Below are positions 26,591 to 37,520 of a DNA stretch of 64,000 bases, piece by piece (positions within the stretch are counted from its first letter, which is position 1; the number at the start of each line of letters is the position of its first letter). The position numbers and the translations under genes were made by a program. The stretch comes from Phoronis australis. Taxonomy: Eukaryota; Animalia; Phoronida. The notes beneath the pieces were generated by a model that was not told where the DNA came from, made no database searches, and saw only the letters and a list, made by a program, of their open reading frames with translations. The stretch is from the NCBI GenBank assembly GCA_002633005.1, contig NMRA01000002.1:512044-576043 (forward strand), in the 5' to 3' direction.

Positions 26591-28192
26591 CTGTCAATCA
26601 CACAATTAACAAATTATTTGTATGTTTCATAGTATGTTTGCACCCTGTCTCATTAAACTCATTCACAGAACATCTCAGCCCACACGAATAAATCATTGAT
26701 ACTATTGTTTTGCCACAATGTACCTTACTTTACTGCTAAATTTTGCTTAAAACCAAGAAAACATGACTGATTTAATGACAGGTTGGCTTTTAAGTTACAA
26801 ATATGCTTTCTGAAAATATACAGAGTTAATTCTATAGTTTTGTAGGTCGGCTGAATGCATAAGGTCCCACTTAACCTTGATAATCTTGAGAACAATTGAT
26901 GCTTAGCTGTATCCACTGCCCCAATAGCAGGAGGACAACAGCACTAGTAACTATATGGACAAAAAATAATTTGCTGTAAGAAACTTGACATATGTGTGAT
27001 TAATCACTTCACCTCCCTGAGGGAGTGTTGCAATTTTGAAAAGTTGTCACAACAATTAGACATTAATATAACTCAACAGACTTTGCCCATGTTCAAATAG
27101 TGGGGCATGATGCATTAGTCAGTGGGACGGCAATTTCAACTCATTGAAAAATTTTCAAAGCATTAAATCTCACCAATTTTCACTTGCCTCAGTTCACTAT
27201 GGCTCTGATGGTTCAATTGATATGGTATATATATTCCCCTTTAATTTCAGTGTCCCAAAGTTTAAAGATTTTTCCAAACTGGAGAATTTTTACTGAAACC
27301 CCAATCTCCAACGATCAAGACTTTCTTAAGAAGTGACAATGTCATTGCGAATGTCCAACTCGTGAAAGCTTTTGCTCACAAAAAGGAAACCGCCATTTCC
27401 CGTGACACCTTGCCATATTCAGGTGAAAAAGTATTCTGTATACTGGAGATGTGAAACAGTTCTTTTCGCTCATGCACAATCTAATATTATCATATTTGTC
27501 TACAAAAAGCGTTACGGCAGTTTTGTGAGTGAATCAACAGCACTGCAGTGCTAGTAAATGCCTGTCCTGCTTTCCCAAAAATCGTATTTTTAAATATCAA
27601 TGCCCAGCTTAAGGTCCACTGTCTTATTTTCAAATTTCCCAATAAGTGCCCTTGGCATTATCCCAGATAAGTACCATCCATTCCTCAGTTCAATGACACC
27701 CAAGGTCATTCATATCAATTTTACATTATGACAGCCCACAAACACCCCAACTCCTGTCAGTCACTTGAAACTTTAGACCATTTACCTCTATAGTTTCCAC
27801 CTCACCAAACACAAGTGTCATCAACAGTTTGCACAGTGGTTTGGTAATATGCAGTAAACATACCATATCTAAAGATTATCATATTAATGAGTAGAAAACA
27901 AGTACTGGTAATCAAATTAGGTCATGTGGGACCTTATGGACATGTCTGTGACTTAAGTCACCAAGAAAACCATATATTTTACCGTAACAAGTAAAAGTAT
28001 ATATATAATCTGAGAGTAGAAAGTCCGTGAAATCTGATTTTTTTAATTTTTAACACTATGCCGTTCAATGAGGTAAGTGACCATGCTTTTTGGCAAAGTT
28101 TAATAAAAAAGGAAAGGTATATCAACACCAAAACAAAGTTATAACAACAAGACCAAATGTTAAAGGATGAACTCACCAAAATGTTACAGAAA

Positions 28193-28283
28193 CAAAAAAT
28201 TATGAATCATGACTACTAGGCTTGCAACGACAGAAAGTTTGCTTTATAAGTTAAGTCCAATAGTCATGATTCATAATTTTTTG
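28193..28283. repeat. Inverted repeat, 23-bp perfect arms with an imperfect inward extension
   Basis: caaaaaattatgaatcatgacta (28193-28215) and tagtcatgattcataattttttg (28261-28283). Confidence 0.9.
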
Positions 28284-30010
28284 CATTCATTTACTCACCT
28301 GCATGAATAATATCCATCGTCTAATCAAAATGTTAGTTTTCTAAATAATCATTTCATTTTCATTTTATAAATACAATTTTATCATTTTCATGAAAATCAT
28401 AAAAGTCCTATTTTTAAAGCCCAAACAGTTGGCCATTCTAAAACAATTCCTAACAAGGTACTGGTAAGCAGAGTATCTGTATGAATCTGATCAGCCATTT
28501 TTGACATATGTTGTTCTGAAATTGGCCAAATTTGGCAATTTCTAAGGGTCCTTACTCCTATATAACTGAGACTCTTTTACAATCTTGTGTTCTGAAATAA
28601 AAATTCTAAAACATCTTAAAGTTCTCAAGTCGCAAAACATGAAGGCCAATGCAGATTGGGAATGCTTAGGAACTTTTAAATTCATTTCTCCTGAAGAAAA
28701 TTTATGCGTGCACATCTACACTAGAAATTTAATGACAGAGATTGTTTCAAAGGGGTTCTTCTTTTGCAACATCAATGGATTGTTTCCTACTTTTTATGTT
28801 CAGGGTCAAATACTGTCACAACACCTATCTACATGTACACGTTGTTTGAAATGTTTTCCAAGCTGCTTTCAAAACTGAAGACAAGCTACACTCCTGCAGT
28901 AACATTGAAGATCTAGAGCGTCCACAGATTTAATGCAAATACACGCATCAAATATTCCAGATAAAAAAACAACCAAGATAATCAACAATTGGTGAAGCTA
29001 AAGTTATCAGAGAGGCATGGCATAAGATCTATAAATTTCTAATGGACTTCCATTAAGTTGGGTCAGTGAATCGTCTCTAATGTTCTATTAACGGTTGACT
29101 TACAAGTAATAGGCTTCACATAATCTGTATCATGCTTGAATTCAGTCATTATAAGTCAACACATGGCAAAGCAAATCTTTTTTTCAACGTTTTCACGTTT
29201 GAACAGGGTGTGTGCAGACTGAATGCTGTTCCTCATTCAGCAAACAGTCTTTGGAATGCACAGCAGCAAAAGTAAATGAAAAAACAAATACAGTCAGATA
29301 ATACATGACAAATGCTCTGATAAGATCCATAGGTGTTTTCTTTTGGAGTTAGAAATCTGTGTGAAAGAACAACGCTGTCTCGTCTGAGGACATTCTTTTA
29401 ATTCTCTTTTAAAGTACTGAATGAGAGTACACAGTGGTAAATAAGGTCACGGTGACATACCTGACATGTCTACTATAAATCATAGCTTGTATCACTACAA
29501 TCAGGATAATAAATGAAAAACGCCATGGTTCAGGAATCTACACAGATAACGAGTTTGTTTTGTAAGCAACGAGGAGTGAGACAGTCATTAGGTTACAGTT
29601 GATATTTATGTTCTCATATATTTTCTTTAAATCGGTGACATGCACCGAATGGATAAGTAGGGTAAAACATTATCAGTGAACCACACTGATGAACAAATTT
29701 AGAAAATGTACTTTGACTTTATTTGTTACCACATAGCATGAATGAAAAGACAGTCAAAAATCATGAAATGCACTATCGTCACAAGATTAGAATCAGCCAA
29801 ACAGACTCTATTCTTATACTATGCCCTTTCAACTAGTTAAAATCTAAAGTTTTTGTATATTTCACTAAAATCACAGACTAGGCAATAAGGTCTACATAAC
29901 CATGAAACATTCACATAGGATAGCTTTAAAATAACTGTCAGGCCTTTCTAAACCAATGAAAGCCTGAGTTATCATTCAGGCAACGTTAAACTAGCCCTTT
30001 ATGTCAAAAA

Positions 30011-30137
30011 AATGATTTAGGCCAATTACCTCTATTACAGTGTTTTCTTTTTCCCTACTTAGTTAAGAAGGGATCCCTGAGCTTGATAAGTAGGGAAAAA
30101 GAAAACACTGTAATAGAGGTAATTGGCCTAAATCATT
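30011..30137. repeat. Perfect 50-bp inverted repeat with a 27-nt spacer
   Basis: 30011-30060 aatgatttaggccaattacctctattacagtgttttctttttccctactt is the exact reverse complement of 30088-30137. Confidence 0.95.
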
Positions 30138-31103
30138 AATAATGCACAGTCAGTTCTATCCAAGCTCAGAAGTCACACTTACCATATTTTGACATTACAA
30201 GGCACAATTTGAAACCAATGTCAACTAGACAAGAGACCTCAATCAACACTTGTTTTGTGACAGAAAGCAAGGGTTTAAAGTCACTTCAAAGCTATCTACT
30301 CCTTGAAACTGCAGTTGTTAAGATAATCAGCTTAGATCTGCAAACTTTATTCCTCGTACAACATGTAATTATTTTAATACAGCACTCTACGTAGCAAGCC
30401 AGTTGCAAGCAACTTTCAAGAAATATTACGAATGGTAGTTTTAAGTTATTATTAGGACAACAAGGCTCTATTTTAGTACTAGTAGTTGTATCACAAAGCT
30501 TGGGTTAAAGCCTCCAAGCATTTCCAACTCAAGGAACCAAAAATGTGACTTTGACCGTCAGAAAATGGCTGTAAATTGAAGATTTTTTACATTAGTGGCT
30601 GAGTAAATTACACTGGTAGTAGGATTGAATTTAACTTATTTCCAAGGGAAAACGGTCAAAGAACAACAAAAAAGAATGGAATTTATACACAGTTAAATTT
30701 GAACTTGTTTTTAAAAGCTTACTGTTATGCAGTGGAGAAAACTGGTTGACAAAATTCGCACACGTTATATTCAACCATTGCCATACAGCCATAACTATCA
30801 GTCATGGCAAGTTACGATGGCCACCATGTTTTGTTCGTGGATCAACTAAACTCAAGATAAAAATACCGCTACTCTCCAAATAAACTATGTACTGCTACGC
30901 CAATGGATATTTGTGAATGACTGTATTTCGAACACCTGAGAACAAACACATGCACTGCAGCTGGTAAAAGTCAAGCAATGTGGTTCCTATTGAAAATGGC
31001 TGCTGGAAACCAGTTTTCACTATTGCTGTTATTCAGTGAAACCTGGCTCCAAACATCACTTTCGCGAAAGGTCCATTTATCTGACTTTTAGCTGGTCACT
31101 TAC

Positions 31104-31227
31104 CTAACAATAATATCCTGATTGTCTTGCTGGCCTCCCTGGCCATAAGTTGTAAGTGTCTGTCAATTTCTGCACTCCGTTCTTTAGCACGCTTGTCATC
31201 TGGGTCCAAGCTCAAGCACGAACCCAT
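31104..31227 (-). CDS. GNAV1: G-alpha v, first coding exon
   Basis: ATG at 31227. MGSCLSLDPDDKRAKERSAEIDRHLQLMAREASKTIRILLLG, then G|gtaagt. Gly2 and Cys4 fit myristoylation and palmitoylation sites. Confidence 0.9.
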
Positions 31228-34200
31228 TGTTAAATGTTCTCGCAGAATAACCGCACAACGATGCAATAAACCAATTAAACATAACCAACAACAGGCAACG
31301 TCTATTACATCTGCCGAGAACGGTTCAGTTCTCTTGCTTTACTCACTGTCTCTTCTAATTCCAAGTCCAAAGCAAAGTGTCAACACAAGATTGTCTCTGT
31401 CATTGTTTATAGGAAACTTTTATGGGATGTCTCATTAAAATTTGCTTAGTCAAGATCTTCGCGTACAATTTACATATTTACATGGCATAGCCAACAGGTG
31501 ATCGGTAGTTTAAGTCATGACTCATAATCTAGCAACAACACCCACGATCTTCGCAACTTCAACTTGTCTCCGTTTACCGTACTTCATTTTGCACTCGCCT
31601 AAACAATCCATCAGAAGTACTTTCCATGGTTCTCAATAGATTTCTCTCGTTAAGAAAACACCGCGAATTGAAAGTAGTGACAAATTCGACCGAGAATGAC
31701 TTAGCAACAGTCACGTAAAATATTTTGAACAGGTTGTTGTTTTCGCTTCGAAATTTCTGCCGAGTTCAAATCGAGGTCACTAACGTAGTTTTTGGACTCC
31801 GCATTGAAAGAGCGTTAATTTTTTAACAAACGATGGCGCTGCATTTCAAGTAGAAAAGCATTCATATGGCAATGCCAATGGACTGTCGCGGAGACACTTC
31901 TGCTACTAACAAACCATTATTCAGACACTGGACGGAATCACGCGGCATAATCATCATTTAATATTACTATTCACTGACTGGCCAATTTGATCACAGTTCT
32001 GAAATTTCTCTTATGTACTTCGAATACAGAGCCGTAGAAAGAGAGGATGGCTCCCGGGCGCCGCCCGGCCCACCCCCCGTTTGAACAATAACGTGACAAG
32101 CGTCGGAGGTGAGTCGGTGGCGGCGACCGACCACGGTAGGTTTGTGTTCTGTATATTTTCTAGAATGGAGAACGCCTGCCGGAGGATTGTGCGACTTATG
32201 TAAGTTTATTTGGTTTCTGCGATTGTCTTTTCAGTGATCACGTGCAATTCACCCGGCGGAGTCACTGCACACGGCCGGACTCAACTTTCGACATTTGAGA
32301 CCTGCTGCTAATTTAAAAAACAGTAGGTAATACATTTAATTACTTTAAAAAGTGAAATTTTTACACCCTTTGACAACGACTCAAAAAGCATCTCTGCCTA
32401 TGGAATGTTTGACAAAACAATTTTCAAATTGACCTAAAGATATTTTACAAAAACTACAATAATAATGGTTTCATCAGCTTTTATTTTTATCAACTTTCAA
32501 GCTCATAGACCCACTAATCGCATGTTTGTACTACTGCGTTTGAAAAGAAAATATCTTCCAATGAATCTGCAATGTATGACACAACAGGTTCCATTCAATG
32601 AAGTGCTTGCGCGATTATAGAACCAGGAATAATGGGAAAATCTTCAAAACACAAATGACTTGCTTTGCCAGTATGTTTAAAAGCCAGACATCGAATTTTA
32701 CCATCAGTTGAAATTTTGAAAAACAAAATTCGGCCGAGTTGCCAAGAAATCTAATCATCGATGTGGGGTCGCTCAGCGCAACGTATTTATTATAGGTAAG
32801 GTGCTGAAAGCTTTATCACACCTATTTTATTAAAATGCTTATTTCTTCAAACAGAAAACTGAATTGGACTAAGTAATGGAAAAGTCTTTATTGTCATATT
32901 TGCGGACATTGGTTGAGATTTCAACGAATCTACACCGACAATGAATGCACAGCTCTCCGGTCTTGTTAGCAGCATCGCATTCCTCGGAACCATTCTACAT
33001 TTAAAAGCGCTCTAAATTTCCTGCACTACCCCAGTCCACAATTTGTACAACTCAGTCGCCTTGTAATTATTGAGCACATAAAGCCATTACCATGTGCTTG
33101 TTTACAGAATTATGTATTTTCTTTCTATATATATTCTTTTATACGTCTCTGTAAATAATTTTCTATACATGTATTTTTATCGGTAACTAGCACTTGTGCT
33201 AATCTTTCTTTGGTTGTATCTACACACACCGATATAAGTTTACTACTTACCCACCCCGACGAACCTTGAATATCACATTTCGAAAAAATCGCCAATAGGA
33301 ACTATGTGAAGATACCACAAACCCAGGAAAGTCATTTTCACATTTTACTAGTAATAAAGACGGGTGTGTGCAATAATTATCACTTTTCAATACCTTTAAA
33401 GCGTTCCTACAATGGATCCTTGCACTTTTTGACATTTTAGACCGTGCATAACAATTTTATAACACAAAATCTAACTAAACAAGCACTTTGAGAAATAATT
33501 GAAGAATTTCTTATTTTAAAAAAATAACGATTTTTTGGTTTCCCGCCAAGTGATGTCATCAGTGGAAAACGTAGATTTGTTGATAGTGTTGTTGTAATTT
33601 AAAGACTAAGAGAGAGATCTTGACGAGTATTATGAAGACAGGTATAGAGATGGGGGTGAAGATGACACTCAAGTCATAGAAGAAACATGTAATGTAATGA
33701 TTTAAACTTCGCCGTATCGGCAGACTCTGCGTGTCTGATGCCGTACGAACTGACTCGGCCCTCCCGCCCACCGTCGTCTTCGGCGAGTGAAGCCGAGTCG
33801 TAGCCTACTCAGTCTCCGGACAGTCCTGATTTCAGAATGGTAATTAAAACCTTTTACTGAATCACGTTTTGATTTTTTAACCACTTTAGTGTCAGGTAAT
33901 AATATGTGTCTCGAACTAAAAATCCAACTGAAGTTTTAACCTTAACGTCAAGGCCCAGACGCGAATAGCGGACACTTGATTTCATTTCTTCGAATGCTGA
34001 GTGCGTTTGTCAGGAATAAACATGTCTAATTATAGTGATGGTAACTGGAATTTATTTCTGGTAATTCATACTCGTAGTGTCTGTAATTTTCAGTAAAAGT
34101 TGACAATAACGCAAAATAGCAGTGATGCAATATGAGGTACTTTGGGGATAAAACTGGACACGCTATTATCGACGATTTGAATAGATTGTTCTCCATTCAT

Positions 34201-34782
34201 ACTGTGGGAACAACTAGTAAACACGACCGTTTAATCCGCACCGTTAGCGAAAATGTGTTTATCGGAATTTCGGAAGTTTGATGTCAGTGATTGGATAGTG
34301 CAACTGTCTTGAGTCAGTGTAGTGTGTGCTGGCTACTATACGCTCCACGACGTTATGCATGCCCCTAAAAACGGAGGCTCTTGGCACTCATTGTGCTGTT
34401 GCAAAAACCCGAATAATTTCCAGTCTGACATGTGGCTAGAAGACCAAGTAACATGATTAATAGTATCAGTCCAAATAGGCGATAAGAGAAATGTGTCTCA
34501 TTAAGCTAACGAGAGAGAAAAGCAATTAACGCAACTTTCAGCTTAAGTATGCACCAATTAAAACAAACTTCACAACTGCACCTTCATTTTATTTTGCCCT
34601 TCGTCAAGCAATATACATTCAGTGTGTGTACACAACAGAGAGACTTAATTGTTGCGAAACATCATGTATACGGAGGTGCAGTGTATTTTATAACAAAAAG
34701 TGTTAGTGTTCAAAGTGCTAAAAAGCGCTCAAAACTGAGCTTATAATTAAGTCCGTCAGTTTTGGAATATGTCAAAGGTGTT

Positions 34783-36285
34783 CTAATCTCCACAGGCATT
34801 ACAGCACATCAAATGTCGCCATCGTGAAGCAAAACTTTGCCCCTGCAGAGAGGAAGTGGTAGACTCCTTGCCCACATGACTCGTTCGTCTGAATCGTGAC
34901 TTCAAACGTTTGAAAAGTCCCCCACGTTTCACAGTATTTGGCATATCTGTAAAATCATAGTCTTCTGAAACAGAAGAAACGGCATCAAGAGGCACATGCG
35001 CGAATTCAGACTTCTTGACGTCTTCTAGACCAATGTCCTCAGTGGTGAAAGGATTGTTGTTGCTTTGCAATCTTGTTTTGCTGAATCTCTTCTTGCATCC
35101 AGTGTCCACTGAATTATTTCCCGTAGCAAAGGATAAATCATACGGGGGCAACGTTGCAACAGGAGACGGACTAGGATAGTAAGGCCAGGCGATGACGCCA
35201 CAAGGTTTAAAAAAGTCTAGTACAATATCGTTGCTGTTGTCAGGTAGGTCGCTGCTTTGTACTTTTAAGTTGACCTTCTCACCAGCTTCGGCTATGGAGA
35301 TGCAAGTGTTATCTAAAAGATTTCCAGCAAGAGTAGAAATGGCATCTTGAGGCAACTTTACGAAACTGTGCATTTTGTTTTCTTCTGGGCGTATACCTTC
35401 GACGCTTCCTGATGTGGCACACAGAGTCTCAACTACAGAGCTTTGGGTGTCCTGTGAAAACGTCTCGCAGGTCATAGGAGAAACTGTCGATTCGGTCGTG
35501 TCGGTGAATTGAGACAGCGTCTCGGAAACAATAAGCTTTGGAATATGACTTTCTAGTAACTCATGCTGCCTCTGCGACTCTGCTGTTTTGCCATCATGGT
35601 GACCAATCTGCTCTCTGTCTGCATTGAGCAGATCCGCATTCCCTTGGACATTTTCTTTACCCATCACATCTTTTCCTGTGGAAATGGGCCACATTTCCTC
35701 CCAAGCTGTAGACTTCACATTCGACTCACTGAAATCTGACAGTGAAAGGTCTTCAAAGTGATCACTTTGAACGGGCTTGCTTTCTGATTTCAGGACTGTC
35801 TCCTTGCTATTAGCATCATCAGAGAACTCAGCGACACCTGACAGTTGGGTGATGTCCTGCCGAACATAGTCAACGTCGCCTAGTTTGTTTCTGACATCCA
35901 ATTCTACTACTTCTCTAACTCCAGCACTATGGCGACCAATCGGCTCGTTCTCTCTTGACGAGTTTCCGACTTCGCACTCGACTTCGCCACCCTCCGCAAC
36001 CTGCCCAGTGAGTGCCTTTGATTCGTGGACAATATCTGATGCACACCTAGCATCAGGTTCCATTAATTCAAAGTCAATTTTTGCTTTCTCAACAGATACA
36101 TCTCCTAACCCCTTGTCTTCCATTGCCGTGCTTGTAAAAGCGTCTTTCTTGCACGGGGATCTCCACATGACAGAGCTTACTTTCTCCGTCGTTTTCAGCA
36201 TAATTCGCCAAATAAAGTCTATAAACCATGATATAGTGACTTTCACAAAGTCTCGAATGAGTCTGTGAGCCATTCGCAAATCCAT
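34783..36285 (-). CDS. Intronless 500-aa ORF of unknown function, acidic and Ser-rich, likely disordered
   Basis: 1503 nt without a stop in AT-rich DNA, not built from tandem repeats. Start context aaaATGG. No domain recognised. Confidence 0.75.
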   Translation of the reverse strand: MDLRMAHRLIRDFVKVTISWFIDFIWRIMLKTTEKVSSVMWRSPCKKDAFTSTAMEDKGLGDVSVEKAKIDFELMEPDARCASDIVHESKALTGQVAEGGEVECEVGNSSRENEPIGRHSAGVREVVELDVRNKLGDVDYVRQDITQLSGVAEFSDDANSKETVLKSESKPVQSDHFEDLSLSDFSESNVKSTAWEEMWPISTGKDVMGKENVQGNADLLNADREQIGHHDGKTAESQRQHELLESHIPKLIVSETLSQFTDTTESTVSPMTCETFSQDTQSSVVETLCATSGSVEGIRPEENKMHSFVKLPQDAISTLAGNLLDNTCISIAEAGEKVNLKVQSSDLPDNSNDIVLDFFKPCGVIAWPYYPSPSPVATLPPYDLSFATGNNSVDTGCKKRFSKTRLQSNNNPFTTEDIGLEDVKKSEFAHVPLDAVSSVSEDYDFTDMPNTVKRGGLFKRLKSRFRRTSHVGKESTTSSLQGQSFASRWRHLMCCNACGD

Positions 36286-36729
36286 TTTGAAAATTTGTAA
36301 AGTGAATACGTCACAAATAGTTCGACGTCACCAACACGTCAAATGCCAACATGACTTGAACTGATATAACCCCTGCACATCCAAAACGGACAATTACCTG
36401 GAATTACCGTAAACAAAGGCCGCCCAATCTGATTGATTGTTCTAAAATATGTATGCCAAGTTTTAATGTAAACTTTTGTTTGTTTTGGCGAATCATTATA
36501 CTTTTAGATCTGGATTTAACTCAAATGATTATCATTCCACGAGACATTCGGTGATTTTGTTGATAACTAACAGTATGAAGGAGATTTTTAACGCACTGTG
36601 CTGAATACGAAATAATTATGGACCAATGAAATACTTGCCAGTCTGTGAGATACATTAAAAAGTACGTGTTTATTTAAACAAAATAAATAAGATTATCTCG
36701 GTGGCAAATGTTCCTTGAAACAAGATGAA

Positions 36730-36731
<2 letters not shown>

Positions 36732-36769
<38 letters not shown>

Positions 36770-36802
36770 TGTGTGCGTGCGTGTGCGCATGTGTGTGAGA
36801 GA
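36732..36802. repeat. (GT)n / (GCGT)n / (GA)n microsatellite
   Basis: Directly visible. Confidence 0.95.
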
Positions 36803-37376
36803 GATCGTGTCCTTATCAATACAATTCTTTTTTCGTGCTCACCTTTATGGATCTTCCCTCAAGATGTCCACGAGAAGTACCGAACAGTTGTATTGCATAT
36901 CTTCTCGTAATGTAATTTGAATATAAAGCCTGTAATTATTGACTTTTTGTGCTTTCCTCACTGGCATGAGCCTGTGTCATGTTTAACATCAACAGACGCC
37001 TGACGAAAGATTATCCTGTCGCCAATCTGTTAAAGGCCATAAAAACACATGGAACGTCGTGTTCAACAGAAATTTAAAAAAAATCACTAATGCTTGTTTA
37101 ACAAATCTAGATCCTAAAATGCTCGACACGGTTTCCGAAAATACGCCAGGGCGTTTCTTCGGTTTCATTTTAGGTTTCAGAATATCCTCCCGTAAGCCCA
37201 TTTTCGCAAATTCCCGACACACTCCAACCATATTAACTGAACAGGACATGACTACACGTGCGCTTTCGGGTTGTTAAAACTGGTGCTAAATCTAGGCATT
37301 ATGTCCTAAAAAACAATGCGCAATAATTTTTTGCAACGCCACCTGCATGTGTGCAAATTGCGAGTAGGGGAATAGA

Positions 37377-37520
37377 CAATTGGTCGAACTTCAAACCACT
37401 TGCCCGGTCTTCAAAACCAGTCCGCTGAACTGCAAAATGGCCGGTGATCGTCAAACGTGTTGTCCAGACTAGAAAACGCGATGGCCTCACCCAAAATACT
37501 AGTTAGCTGGACCCAAAACA
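37377..37520 (+). repeat. Dispersed repeat with internal subunits of about 21 bp, copy 1
   Basis: acaattggtcgaacttcaaaccacttgcccggtcttcaaaaccagtccgctgaactgcaaaa aligns with 63624 onward. Confidence 0.6.

Noticed and set aside
35885-36268. 127-aa plus-strand ORF
   Set aside because: Antisense shadow of the 500-aa ORF.
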